Counted from the stretch's first letter, positions 1 through 9,475 are shown. The stretch is DNA of 19,697 bases from Octopus sinensis (GCF_006345805.1 NW_021824191.1:1-19697), one strand, 5' to 3'. Program-made: numbers and translations. Notes: generated by a model from the letters alone, not told the origin.

Positions 1-719
1 AGAGAGGGTGATAAGAGAGAGACAAAATAGAGAGAATAAGAGAAAGAGAGAAAGAGAAAGAAACAAAATAGAGAGAATAGGAGAAAGAGAGAAATAAAGA
101 GAGAAAGAGATTAGAGGAAAGAAGGTGGGGAAGAGAAATGGATTGTATTTGTGAGAGAAAACGTAATAGTTGTGGGGGAAAGAAAAATCTGAGAGAATAA
201 GAAAGAGAAAGAGAAAGAATAGAGGGAATAGGGAAAAGAGAGAAAGAGAGAGAGATCAGAGGAAAGAAGGTGGGGGAGAAAATAGATTGTTCTTGTGAGA
301 GACAGAGAGAGAAAGAAACAATATCTTAGGGGTGAGGGGAAGGAAAAAAAGAAAGAATAGGAAAGAGAGAAAGAGAGAGAATGGAGGGAATAGAGGAGAG
401 AGAGCAAAATGATTGAATAAGAGAGAAAGACAAAGCGGAAGAGGCTGAGAAAAGAGAGGGAATAACTGTGAGGCAGAGAGAGAGAGAGAGAGAGAGATAG
501 AGAGAAATAAAATGGATGGAATATGAGGGGGAAAACAATATAGAGAACTAAAAGGTGTAAGAGAGAGGGTGGGGTGAACATGGGAGAGAGAGAAAATAGA
601 GGGAACAGGAAACGGAAAGAGAAAGAGAGAGAAAATAGAGAGATCGGGAGAGAAGAGGAAAAGAAAGTGAAAAAGATACACGGAGAGAATATGTGTATGT
701 GTGTGTATCTATGCGTGCG

Positions 720-778
<59 letters not shown>

Positions 779-1130
779 CGTGTGTGTGTGTGCGATAGTG
801 AAAAGACTGAGAATATGAATTAAAATATATTACAAAGAGAGGGGAGGGAGGGAATGAGAGAGAAAGGAGAAGTGAGAGAGAAAGAGAGGAAGAGAGAAGG
901 AGAGAAATCTGACGGAAAATCAGAGTGGGTGGATGAGCTCTATAAATAGTTGGAGTAATAGAGAGAGGAAATATTAGTATGAGAGAAGTGTGAATTAACG
1001 TATTACTCAGAGACAGAAAGCAAAAGAAAAAGAGAGGAGGTAGAGAAAGAGGAGAGAGAGGAGAGATAGGCAAATGAAGAGATAGACAAATGATAGAGAG
1101 TGGGTGAAATAGAAGGAGAAATACGGTGAG
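1..1130. repeat. GA-rich low-complexity tract containing a (GT)n microsatellite (~691-793)
   Basis: Purine-rich AGAG/AAAG runs; a diverged internal duplicate (AGAGGAAAGAAGGTGGGG...GATTGT near 113 and 258). The S/L/F-rich minus-strand ORFs come from this composition. Confidence 0.9.
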
Positions 1131-1150
1131 TGAGTAAAGGAATTCATTAT

Positions 1151-1223
1151 CTGATCGCTGTTGCCTCAGTGAATCACACTTGTTAGGAAGGTGTTCTCTG
1201 CTGGCGAAAACAACAGCGATCAG
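1151..1223. other. 73-nt hairpin with perfect 13-bp outer stem
   Basis: CTGATCGCTGTTG (1151-1163) is the exact reverse complement of CAACAGCGATCAG (1211-1223); the inner sequence also pairs imperfectly. Confidence 0.6.
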
Positions 1224-1346
1224 TTATGCACATTCGAAGAAGCCAGAATGTATTAAGAATGAATTGAAATATGAAGCTTCCCAGAAAAAGTAAGCAACGA
1301 GATTAGAAGAGAGGGAGAAGGGAAGTGAAGCTGGTAGTTTGTAGTT

Positions 1347-1669
1347 GGTGAAGGCGTGTAGTTACGGTATTCGGCTCAAGAACGTAAAGTCGTAAGTTCG
1401 ATCCCCGCGGGTGCATTGTGTTTGTTCTTAAGCAAGACACTTTCTTTCACGTTGCTCTATTCCACTCAGCTGGTGAAAATGAGTTATATCTGTAATTCAA
1501 AGGGCCAACCTTGTGCCATTCTGTATCATGCTGAAACTCCCTGAGAAATGCATTAATGGTGTGCATTGTCTGTGGGAGTGCTCAGCCACTTGCACGTTAA
1601 TTTCCCGAGCAGGCTGTTCCGTTGATCGGATCAACTTGAACCCTCGTCGCCGCAACCGATGAAGTGCCA
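1347..1669 (+). mobile_element. tRNA-derived SINE, CORE-like body plus tail Y
   Basis: B-box-like AGTTCGATCCC; body TCTTAAGCAAGACACTTTCTTTCACGTTGCTC shared with 7392-7570 and 15202-15428; tail 1487-1669 homologous to 19010-19191. Confidence 0.8.
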
Positions 1670-1710
1670 TTTTATAGTTGCGAAAGAGATTGAGCGAAAA
1701 ACAGATGGAA

Positions 1711-1741
<31 letters not shown>

Positions 1742-1772
1742 TTCATACATACAGACAGACAGAGACAGAGAA

Positions 1773-2345
1773 GGCGGCGAGCTGGCAGAAACGTTAGCAC
1801 GCCGGGCGAAATGCGTAGCCGTATTTCGTCTGTCGTTACGCTGCGAGATCAAATTCCGCCGAGGTCGACTTTGCCTTTCATCCTTTCGCGGTCGGTAAAT
1901 TAAGTACCAGTTACGCACTGGGGTCGATGGAATCGACTTAATACCTGTGTCTGTCTTTGTTTGTCCCATCTATGTTTAGCCCCTTGTGGGTAATAACGAA
2001 ATAGGTATTTCGTCTTCCGCTACGTTCTGAGTTCAAATTCCGCCGAGGTCGACTTTGCCTTTCATCCTTTCGGGGTCGATAAATTAAGTACCAGTTACGC
2101 ACTGGGGTCGACGTAATCGATTTAATCCGTTTGTCTGTCCTTGTTTGTCCCTTCTGTGTTTAGCCCCTATGCGGGTAGTAAAGAAATAAGTATTTCGTCT
2201 GCCGCTACGTTCTGAGTTCAAATTCCGCCGGGCTTGATTAAATAAGTACCAGTTACGCACTAGGGTCGATATAATCGACTTAATCCGTTCGTCTGTCCTT
2301 GTTCGTCTCCTCTATGTTTAGCCCCTTATGGGCAATAAAGAAGTA
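1773..2345 (+). mobile_element. Multimeric SINE: head plus three tandem ~185-bp units
   Basis: Units begin GTATTTCGTC at 1821, 2005 and 2190 (third internally deleted); B-box-like GAGTTCAAATTCC in the units; flanked by AGACAGAGACAGAG at 1757-1770 and 2346-2359. Confidence 0.85.
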
Positions 2346-2737
2346 AGACAGAGACAGAGCTGACTAGAGAAGCTGTTAGAGAATGAGGTGAAAGAAAGGA
2401 AAGAGATTGTCATAGAGAGACACAAAGAAAAGAGGTGGAGTAGTAAGAGATAACGCAGCAGAGAAAGGACAAAAGCGTAAGCTATATCAGAAAATAGAAG
2501 CGGCAGTGGGAGTAAATTTGGAGTTAAAGAGAAAGAGAGAGACCAAAGGAAGGGTAATAAGAAACGGATAGAAAGAGAGAAAGAGAGAAAGAAAGAGGGA
2601 GTCGGACAAAGATTGACATGTAAATGCGAATTAACAAATTTAGACAGGAAAACAGAGGGAGAGAATGAAGAATGAGAGCACGGCAAAACTTTTACAGCAA
2701 CTCATTCACCTAGGATCCGCTAAGGACTAGGCTTCAC

Positions 2738-3226
2738 CATCATCATCATCATTGTTCGACCGTGGTCGAAACAATGGAATTTACTATGTTACGCCAGACT
2801 TCACGGTCCATCATAGCATTACGGATGTCCTGTTGCTGGATGCCTGTATCCCTGGAGATTACATCAGGGTAGGAGAGTGTGCGCCCTCTGGTATTGCGAG
2901 TAGATGGCTTCCAGAGGAGAAGAGTAGAAATTACTTCTTTTTCAGCTCTACAACAATGTCCAGCAAACTGGACTCTCTTACCTTTCACAAGAGATGACAC
3001 AGGTGGTAGTTTCCCATATATTTGCATTTTGGTTGGATGGCGCTTCCACGAGAGATTTTGAGCTCTCATAAGGAGGCGAGTGTAGGTTCCATCCAACCGC
3101 CTCTCAAGCTTCTTTGATAACGTCCAGGTTTCTGAGCCATATAGTAGAATTGGTTCGACTGTGGCTTTGAATATTTCAAGTTTGAAGTCTCTATTTAGAT
3201 TTGATGACCAGATCTTATGCATGTCA
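2738..3226 (-). mobile_element. 5'-truncated RTE-clade non-LTR retrotransposon (3' end)
   Basis: Absent from the opposite palindrome arm; ends in a (TGA)n tail at 2738-2752; TCAC on both sides (2734-2737, 3224-3227); encodes RTE-type C-terminal motifs. Confidence 0.88.
2749..3222 (-). pseudogene. C-terminal fragment of RTE-type LINE reverse transcriptase ORF (post-RT region)
   Basis: Uninterrupted frame with motifs typical of RTE LINEs: ILLYGSETW, FAGHC, W..RGR, AMMDREVWR. The N-terminal residues of the 2749..3285 ORF are flank read-through. Confidence 0.85.
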
Positions 3227-4227
3227 CTGAAGAGGTCTAACATGACCGAAACAAGTCCAAAGTTGTTACCCATTACCTGATTCACATTTATTGTTTAATG
3301 AATTTTGGTTTCAGAGTAATGTCACCTGAATGTCTTCACAAGAATTAAATAATTACGACTAATGAATTTCCTTTCACTTCACTACCGGCGAAATATTAAT
3401 TAACTGATTAACTAAAAGTTTTTGGTTATCTCATTACAAGATGTACATTAGGTTCTATGTAACTAAATGTTCTTCATGCACGCAGACTCTCCGAAGAAAT
3501 CTCTCCAAGTTATATTTTTATCACCTGCCAAATCACTTAATGGCCTTTACTCAATTTTTCTTGATAAAAATATAACTCGGAGAGATTTCTCCGGAGCGTC
3601 TGCGTGCATGAAGAACATAGAGTTAAACAGAGACTAATGTATATCTTTGTAATGAGATCACCAAAAACTTTTAGTTAATCAGTTAATTAATAATTCGCCG
3701 GTAGTGAAGTGAAAGGAAATTCATTAGTCGTAATTATTTAATTCTTGTGAAGACATTCATTTGACATTACTCTGAAGCCAAACTTCATCAAACAATAAAT
3801 GTGAAGCAGGTAAGGGGTAACAACTCTGGACTTGTTTCGGTCATATTAAACCTCTTCAGCGAAGCCTAGTCCTTAGCGGATCGTAGGTAAATGAGTTGAT
3901 ATAAAAGTTTTGGGTGACCGTATGCCAGTCCTTGATGTCTATCTGTCCGCCTCTCACGCCATGCTCTCTTTCTTCATTCTCTTCCTCTGTTTTCCTTTCT
4001 AAGTTTGTGAATTCGCATTTACATGTCAATACTCTGTCCGGCTCTCTCTTTCTTTCTCTCTTTCCCTCTATTTCTGACTATCCTTCCCTCACTCGCTCTC
4101 TCCCTTTCTCTGTAACTCGAAATTTAGTCCCACTGCCGCTTCTCTCTTCTGATATAGCTTACGCTTTTGTCCTTCTTTCTCTACCGCGTTATCTCTCACT
4201 ACTCTCCCTCTTTTCTTTATGTCTCGC

Positions 4228-4252
4228 AGGCGCAGGAGTGTCTGTGTGGTAA
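4228..4252 (+). mobile_element. First 25 nt of a bipartite SINE (split by the 4253-5401 insertion)
   Basis: AGGCGCAGGAGTGTCTGTGTGGTAA matches the start of the intact copies at 10161 (+) and 7377 (-). Confidence 0.85.
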
Positions 4253-5077
4253 ACGGCGAGGCCTGGGGGATAGCGGACCCAGGCTACTGAGTGTGAAAAT
4301 GGCTCCCGCGGTCGCCTGGGAGGGGTCAAAGGCAACTTTGACCCTGTAGACACCGGTGGCCGTGGGAGAAATGAAATTCCCGGACTTCCTGAGAATGGCT
4401 GGGCACAGGTGCCCGGTGATACTCGAGGGACGCCCCCCCCCCAAGTGTCACCTGTGCCTGAAGCCCGGACATATCAAGAGGAATTGTCCCGGGGGCCGTG
4501 GTGGTGCCCCGGAGCATGAAGGGGAAAAGGCGCCCGCCGCCCCCTCATTGAGGGGGAAGACGGTGGAAGTCGTGGAGGAGGTTGCCTCCACGAAAAAAAG
4601 AGACAGGCGAGCAACAATGGCTGCTCGCCAAAGAACGCTCAGGTGGCGGAGGGGGATAGCGATCCCCCGTGTCTGGTGACGGAGTCCCCTGGGTCAGCAG
4701 TCTCCCCCAAAGAAGGAGGAGAAAAAGAAAGAAAGGTCGGGCGGCTGATATCCATGAGCCGCAGACGTTGGCGGGAACTGTGCCGCCAACGAAAGAACTG
4801 AACGTATTGGTCCTCTTCTATAGAGGAGGAGAAATTGAAAAAAAATGATGGAAGAGTACCACAAGGAGCTCCTTTAGCCTTCACACAGGACCCCGAATGG
4901 CCTCCGCAGATAGCTGTGGAGGCCGTGGCGTTCGACGTGACGCTTGGGCTAAAGGAGCTCAATGAAGATTATAGCTTGGTCCCGGGCGACGCGAACTCGG
5001 AACTTGATTACGTTCTGAGGGAGGCGTGTATGATGGTGGAGGGCGCGGGCACAAGCTATTTCGAGGACGATATGTAA
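4253..5077 (+). pseudogene. Decayed gag-like ORF1 protein with CX2CX4HX4C zinc knuckle
   Basis: PDFLRMAGHRCPVILEGRPPPKCHLCLKPGHIKRNCP resembles L1/Tx1 ORF1; in-frame TAG at 4347-4349; apparent frameshifts; a basic RRRRKRKKGR patch in another frame; acidic C-terminus ending YFEDDM*. Confidence 0.72.
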
Positions 5078-5092
5078 TTATTGAACTGTTAG

Positions 5093-5231
5093 TATTAATA
5101 ATGGACTGCTAAGTCCAAAAATTGGAAATTGAAAGAGGTTTAATACCTCGTTTTGCATTTTTATTAATAATGGACTGCTAAGTCCAAAAATTGGAAAAAT
5201 GTAAGAGGTTTAATACCTCGTTTTGTGTTTA
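5093..5231 (+). repeat. Tandem duplication of a 69-bp unit with small stem-loops
   Basis: TATTAATAATGGACTGCTAAGTCCAAAAATTGGAAA...GAGGTTTAATACCTCGTTTT starts at 5093 and 5162. Confidence 0.9.
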
Positions 5232-5401
5232 TCTTTAAAAAGAACAATGTTTTAGAGAAGCGAAAGTCGGCGGGCGCTTTTTGTCTTCTCCCATCCTTAT
5301 CATCTGTCTTTCATTATCATTCACTTCATTAATGTCCTCGTCCAGCCCGCAAAGCTAACTTAATCTGTGTACTGCCTTTATGGCAAATGTTTTGAAATAA
5401 A

Positions 5402-5620
5402 GTAGCTTGCTTTTTAACCACATGGTTCCGGGTTCAGTGCCACTGTGTTGCACCTTCGGCAAGTGTCTTCTACTATAGCCTCTGACCGACCAAAGCCTTG
5501 TGAGTGGATTTGGTAGACGGAAACTGAAAGAAGCACGTCGTATATATATATATGTGTGTGTGTGTTTTCCCCCACCACCCATCCCCACCCAACAACGCTT
5601 GACAAACAAATGACTGGAAA
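5402..5620 (+). mobile_element. Remainder of the split bipartite SINE (3' half largely deleted)
   Basis: Resumes at GTAGCTTGC, the next bases of the family sequence TGGTAA|GTAGCTTGC; matches 10186-10325. Confidence 0.85.
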
Positions 5621-5640
5621 ATGATGAACTAACCCCATAC

Positions 5641-5698
5641 TAGCTTTCTCTCCGTAACTTAAAAAGCCGTTCGCGTTTGTTTACAAATATTATATGTA
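5641..5698 (+). repeat. 58-bp direct repeat, copy 1 (copy 2 at 6470-6527)
   Basis: TAGCTTTCTCTCCGTAA...TTACAAATATTATATGTA; 6 mismatches in 58 by eye. Confidence 0.8.
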
Positions 5699-5701
5699 AT
5701 A

Positions 5702-6214
5702 CTAGCAGTATCGCCCGGCGTTGCTCGGGTTTGTAAGGGAAATAACTATATAAGCATTTTTAGAGAGTTACTTCCCTTATAGATGCCAATTCGGGCTTTC
5801 TTAGCCATTTCTGTTTTGGCGACTTCAAGCCATGAAGTCGTTGTTCTAAAAGAACGCTGGTCTCCTTGACAACGCTTTACGACGTTGATTTCCTTACACT
5901 CCCTTCCCCACAGCTTCACAAGGGAGGGAAGAAGGGGGAGAAGCAAACAGGTGCAGGTGTGACCATGGACGCCAACTCCGCCGCAATCGACACACGAAAA
6001 ATTATGCATTAAAATGGAATAAGAGATGATGTTAAATTATTTTTAAAATCGTAGACTCATTGTAGACGCGCGCTAATACTCAGACGGGCTCGATATGAAT
6101 CACGACTATAAGATACCCGAATTTGGTTAAACTGCACCGCAAAATGTGGGAGTAGTTAGGAATCTAAATCGAAGGGGACAGACACTCACACAACTACAGC
6201 TTTATATATATAGA
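5702..6214 (-). mobile_element. Non-autonomous Helitron (513 bp)
   Basis: Minus strand begins TC (6214-6213) and ends CTAG (5705-5702); GC-rich hairpin CCCGAGCAACGCCGGG 8 nt before the CTAG; inserted between A and T with no TSD. Confidence 0.82.
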
Positions 6215-6469
6215 TTAGACAGTTTAAGTATATATTAACTAAATTTGGCTGCATTTGATGTGTGAGCGTTAGGCCCAACCGGAGGCGCAAGGAGTCGTGT
6301 TAGCGTTTATTTGTGGGTTCGATTCTGGCTGGGTTTAGCTCAATATTTTTCAGTCATTTGTTTTTACTTAAAAATTGTCGCTTCAAATCAGAGAATAAAA
6401 TATTATTATGATATATGATTATGCAGTTATTATAATATTATGATATATTATTATACAGTTATTCCAAAA

Positions 6470-6527
6470 TAGCTTTCTCTCCGTAAATTACAAAGTCTTT
6501 CGCGTCCGTTTACAAATATTATATGTA
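6470..6527 (+). repeat. 58-bp direct repeat, copy 2
   Basis: Matches 5641-5698. Confidence 0.8.
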
Positions 6528-6633
6528 TATGATATGATATGATGGTAGTCTCTCGTAGTTCAAGGAAGACAGTTCTACAACTTTTTACAGAGCAGCCTGC
6601 GGAAATGATTTGTTTACAATGATAAATGTATAT

Positions 6634-6869
6634 ACTCTTTTACTTGTTTCAGTCATTTGGCTGTGGCCATGCTGGAGCACCGCCTTTAGTCGAACAAATC
6701 GAGCCCGACTTATTCTTTGGAAGCCTAGTACTTATTCTATTGGTCTCTTTTGCCGAACCGCTAAGTTACGGGGACGTAAACACACCAGCATCGGTTGTCA
6801 AGCGATGTTGGGGGACAAGCACAAACACACATACACACACACACCACATATATATATATATATATAGAA

Positions 6870-6916
<47 letters not shown>

Positions 6917-6920
6917 GTAC

Positions 6921-6951
<31 letters not shown>

Positions 6952-6970
6952 ATGTATGTATATATATATA

Positions 6971-7017
<47 letters not shown>

Positions 7018-7377
7018 ATGTGTGTATGTGTGTTTGTGCTTGTCCCCCCAACATCGCTTGACAACCGATGCTGGTGTGTTTACGTCCCCGTAACTTAGCG
7101 GTTCGGCAAAAGAGACCAATAGAATAAGTACTAGGCTTCCAAAGAATAAGTCGGGCTCGATTTGTTCGACTAAAGGCGGTGCTCCAGCATGGCCACAGTC
7201 AAATTACATATATACGACGGGCTTCTTCCAGTTTCCGTCTACCAAATCCACTCGCAAGGCTTTGGTCGGCCCGAGGCTATAGTAGAAGACACTTGCCCAA
7301 GGTGCCATGCAGTGGGACTGAACCCGGAACCATATGGTTGGTAAGCGAGCTACTTACCACACAGCCACTCCTGCGCC
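6634..7377 (-). mobile_element. Bipartite SINE (head, microsatellite, 3' half) with an internal inverted duplication
   Basis: Head 7377-7215 and 3' half 6840-6634 match the plus-strand copy at 10161-10877; an extra 3' half lies in plus orientation at ~7021-7204. Confidence 0.88.
6655..7204. repeat. Near-perfect ~550-bp palindrome centred on (TA)n
   Basis: Arms 6655-6840 and ~7021-7204 differ by one substitution and one 1-bp indel by eye. Confidence 0.92.
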
Positions 7378-7391
7378 GAAAATTAGTTTAC

Positions 7392-7570
7392 TCCCCCTAT
7401 CAAATCGACGTTGCCTGAATAGGTGCACCGTGTACCACATATGAGGTGTTGGAAGGATCGCAGAGCAACGTGAGAGGAAGTGTTTTGCTGAAGAGCACAA
7501 CTCACCACCTGGTTCCACGATCTTGCGTTCGCGAATACAACACCCTAACCTCTGAGCCATGTCCCTTCGC
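7392..7570 (-). mobile_element. Diverged CORE-like SINE with a different tail
   Basis: Minus strand CATGGCTCAGAGGTTAGGGTG (A-box-like) and TCTTCAGCAAAACACTTCCTCTCACGTTGCTC body shared with 1347-1669. Confidence 0.65.
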
Positions 7571-8104
7571 GCATGCAAGTACTTCTTGTATATACTTCTT
7601 GCGGAAGTCGACTTGATCCATTGTGAATATATTTCATCTCAGCAAGATATATCAACAATGAACCTTCATTTAAACGAGCTTTCACAACATGAAAGAAAGA
7701 AAGAATGAAAAAAGAAAAAAAGAAAGGAAGAAAGAAAGGAAGTGAGACAGTGAGATAAGAAAAGGTGAAGCAATATCTCAAAATATTTCTTTCTTATCAA
7801 ACTGACATTTTTCATTTCATTTGAAAAAAAAAGACAAAGAATGAAGGTTTCTCAATATAAAGCAAGCTTGGTTATTGCCAATATATGTTCCTCATTATAA
7901 ACATCGAAACATCAACAAGTTCTCAAATATTAGATAGCGGTATTTGTTGTTGATGTTGTTGCTGCTGTTGTTATGGTGGTGGTGGTGGTGGTGGTGGTGG
8001 TGATGTGTTCCGGTTATTGTCCTTCATAAATACCTCATTTCTGCGCTAATATATAGGAAACTAGTAAAAACAGAAAAAGAAAAGCCTCTTTTATGAATGA
8101 TTTA

Positions 8105-8187
8105 CACACCACACACACACACAACACACACACAACGCACACACAAACTCATGCATGCATACTTGTTTATGTGTGTGTGAATATATA

Positions 8188-8228
<41 letters not shown>

Positions 8229-8550
8229 GTATTTACACACACATACATGTACACACAAGACAGGGGCACACACGCATATATATAGATACACAGATACATA
8301 CATATAAATGTACATATATATGTGTTTGTGTGTTTAGATATATATGTATGCATATATATATATATTATGTATGTATATATGAGTGTGTGTGTGAGCGTGT
8401 GTGTGTATATATATCTATATTATGTATGCATATATGAGTGTGTGTGTGAGCGTGTGTGTGTATATATATCTATATATATAAATATATACACCCACACATT
8501 TGCATGCATGTATGTATGTATGTATGTATGTATGTATGTATATGTATGTA
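8105..8550. repeat. Compound (CA)/(TA)/(TG)/(ATGT) microsatellite
   Basis: Directly visible; includes a duplicated ATATATGAGTGTGTGTGTGAGCGTGTGTGTG block. Confidence 0.95.
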
Positions 8551-9374
8551 AGCAAAAACAAAATTGCTTTTTGAATTACTTTTAAATTATGCGAAAGAAA
8601 TGCTAGAAAAAATGTAAATAAAGTAAAAAAAAAAAAGGAAGAAAGACTTACATATAAACAAATATCAAGAAATATCCAGTACGACTTAACAATTGAAAAG
8701 ATTCTAAAATTTACATATCAGAAAGAAAAATCTGCCCTATTTAGAAGTTTATTCTCCCTTGCAGCTGCCTTTAAGACATCAAAATACGACAATTTAATAT
8801 ATCAAATGTAAATGTCATTAACCGATTTTTATTTAACAAATTATCTGTATGTTTAATGCGCAATACGGCTCTATTTGATATATCACAGAGTGTGAGAGAT
8901 ATGGCTTAAATGATAAATGATATCTGTTACTCGAAAACGAAATTCCGTGGAAATTATAGCTGGATGCATATATATTGTAACTTGAGATACAGAATTGATT
9001 CTTTTGAGATAGGAATGTGTTGGCTTTTACAATAGATATGTTGAAATTCATGTCAGTGCAGAAATTTAGAAAAAAAAGAAAGTCAAGGAGAAAACGGGAG
9101 TAGGATATGTTTGTCGCGCGTGCGGAGGTGGTTGAATTTTCACTAAGCTGCGGGATAATCTGCTACTGATGGAATTTTTCCACTAATAGAGCAGATACTT
9201 ATCAAAATGAGGGCATCTTGTGAAGAAATCTGCTTCGATGTTTAAACAGTTTGTAGAGAATTTTTTCTTCGACTTGTTAGATATGTTTTTTTGGTGGTTT
9301 TTTTTCTCTCTTTTTAATTAAGCACTACATGTCCCCATTAGCATATAATCTCCTATCCTTTAGAACTTTCTATT

Positions 9375-9475
9375 TGATACTGTATCAACGATTGAACGTA
9401 GAACGTAAAGACTTGGAATAAATATTGCAAAGCCTGTTTTCCAACCTACAAGCAATACTGCCGCCAGCTCATGGT
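9375..9475 (-). mobile_element. Highly diverged SINE head (multimeric-family-like)
   Basis: Minus strand GAGCTGGCGGCAG...GTCTTTACGTTCTACGTTCAAT resembles GAGCTGGCAG...GTCTTTACGTTCTGAGTTCAAAT of the 1773/12432 family. Confidence 0.4.

Larger units (their letters stand above)
2417..4225. repeat. Large inverted repeat (arms ~620 and ~660 bp, 38-bp spacer); left arm interrupted by a LINE
   Basis: 2417-2737 plus 3228-3523 is the reverse complement of 3562-4225, e.g. CCGCTAAGGACTAGGCTTC / GAAGCCTAGTCCTTAGCGG; spacer 3524-3561. Confidence 0.93.
4253..5401 (+). mobile_element. 5'-truncated non-LTR retroposon carrying only an L1/Tx1-like ORF1 plus 3' UTR
   Basis: GC-rich insert precisely interrupting a SINE; CCHC knuckle; stop at 5077; ~320-nt AT-rich UTR ending in AATAAA (5396-5401). 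Confidence 0.75.

Noticed and set aside
111-1073. 320-aa minus-strand ORF and overlapping ORFs
   Set aside because: Translation of a CT-rich low-complexity strand that lacks stops by composition; no domain.
1821-2345. Regular repeats resembling a CRISPR array (also 12479-13130)
   Set aside because: Whole ~185-bp units repeat with no unique spacers; eukaryotic context and no cas genes.
3223-3285. N-terminal extension of the 178-aa RTE ORF
   Set aside because: Lies in the palindrome arm outside the LINE insertion; chance read-through.
2318-4252. Similar ORF pair 2318..2686 (-) and 3914..4252 (+) suggesting paralogous membrane proteins
   Set aside because: They are the two pyrimidine-rich arms of the palindrome.
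6610-8585. YI/CV/HT-rich ORFs (also around 10515, 13768-14302, 16015-16439 and 19484)
   Set aside because: Dinucleotide and tetranucleotide microsatellite translations.
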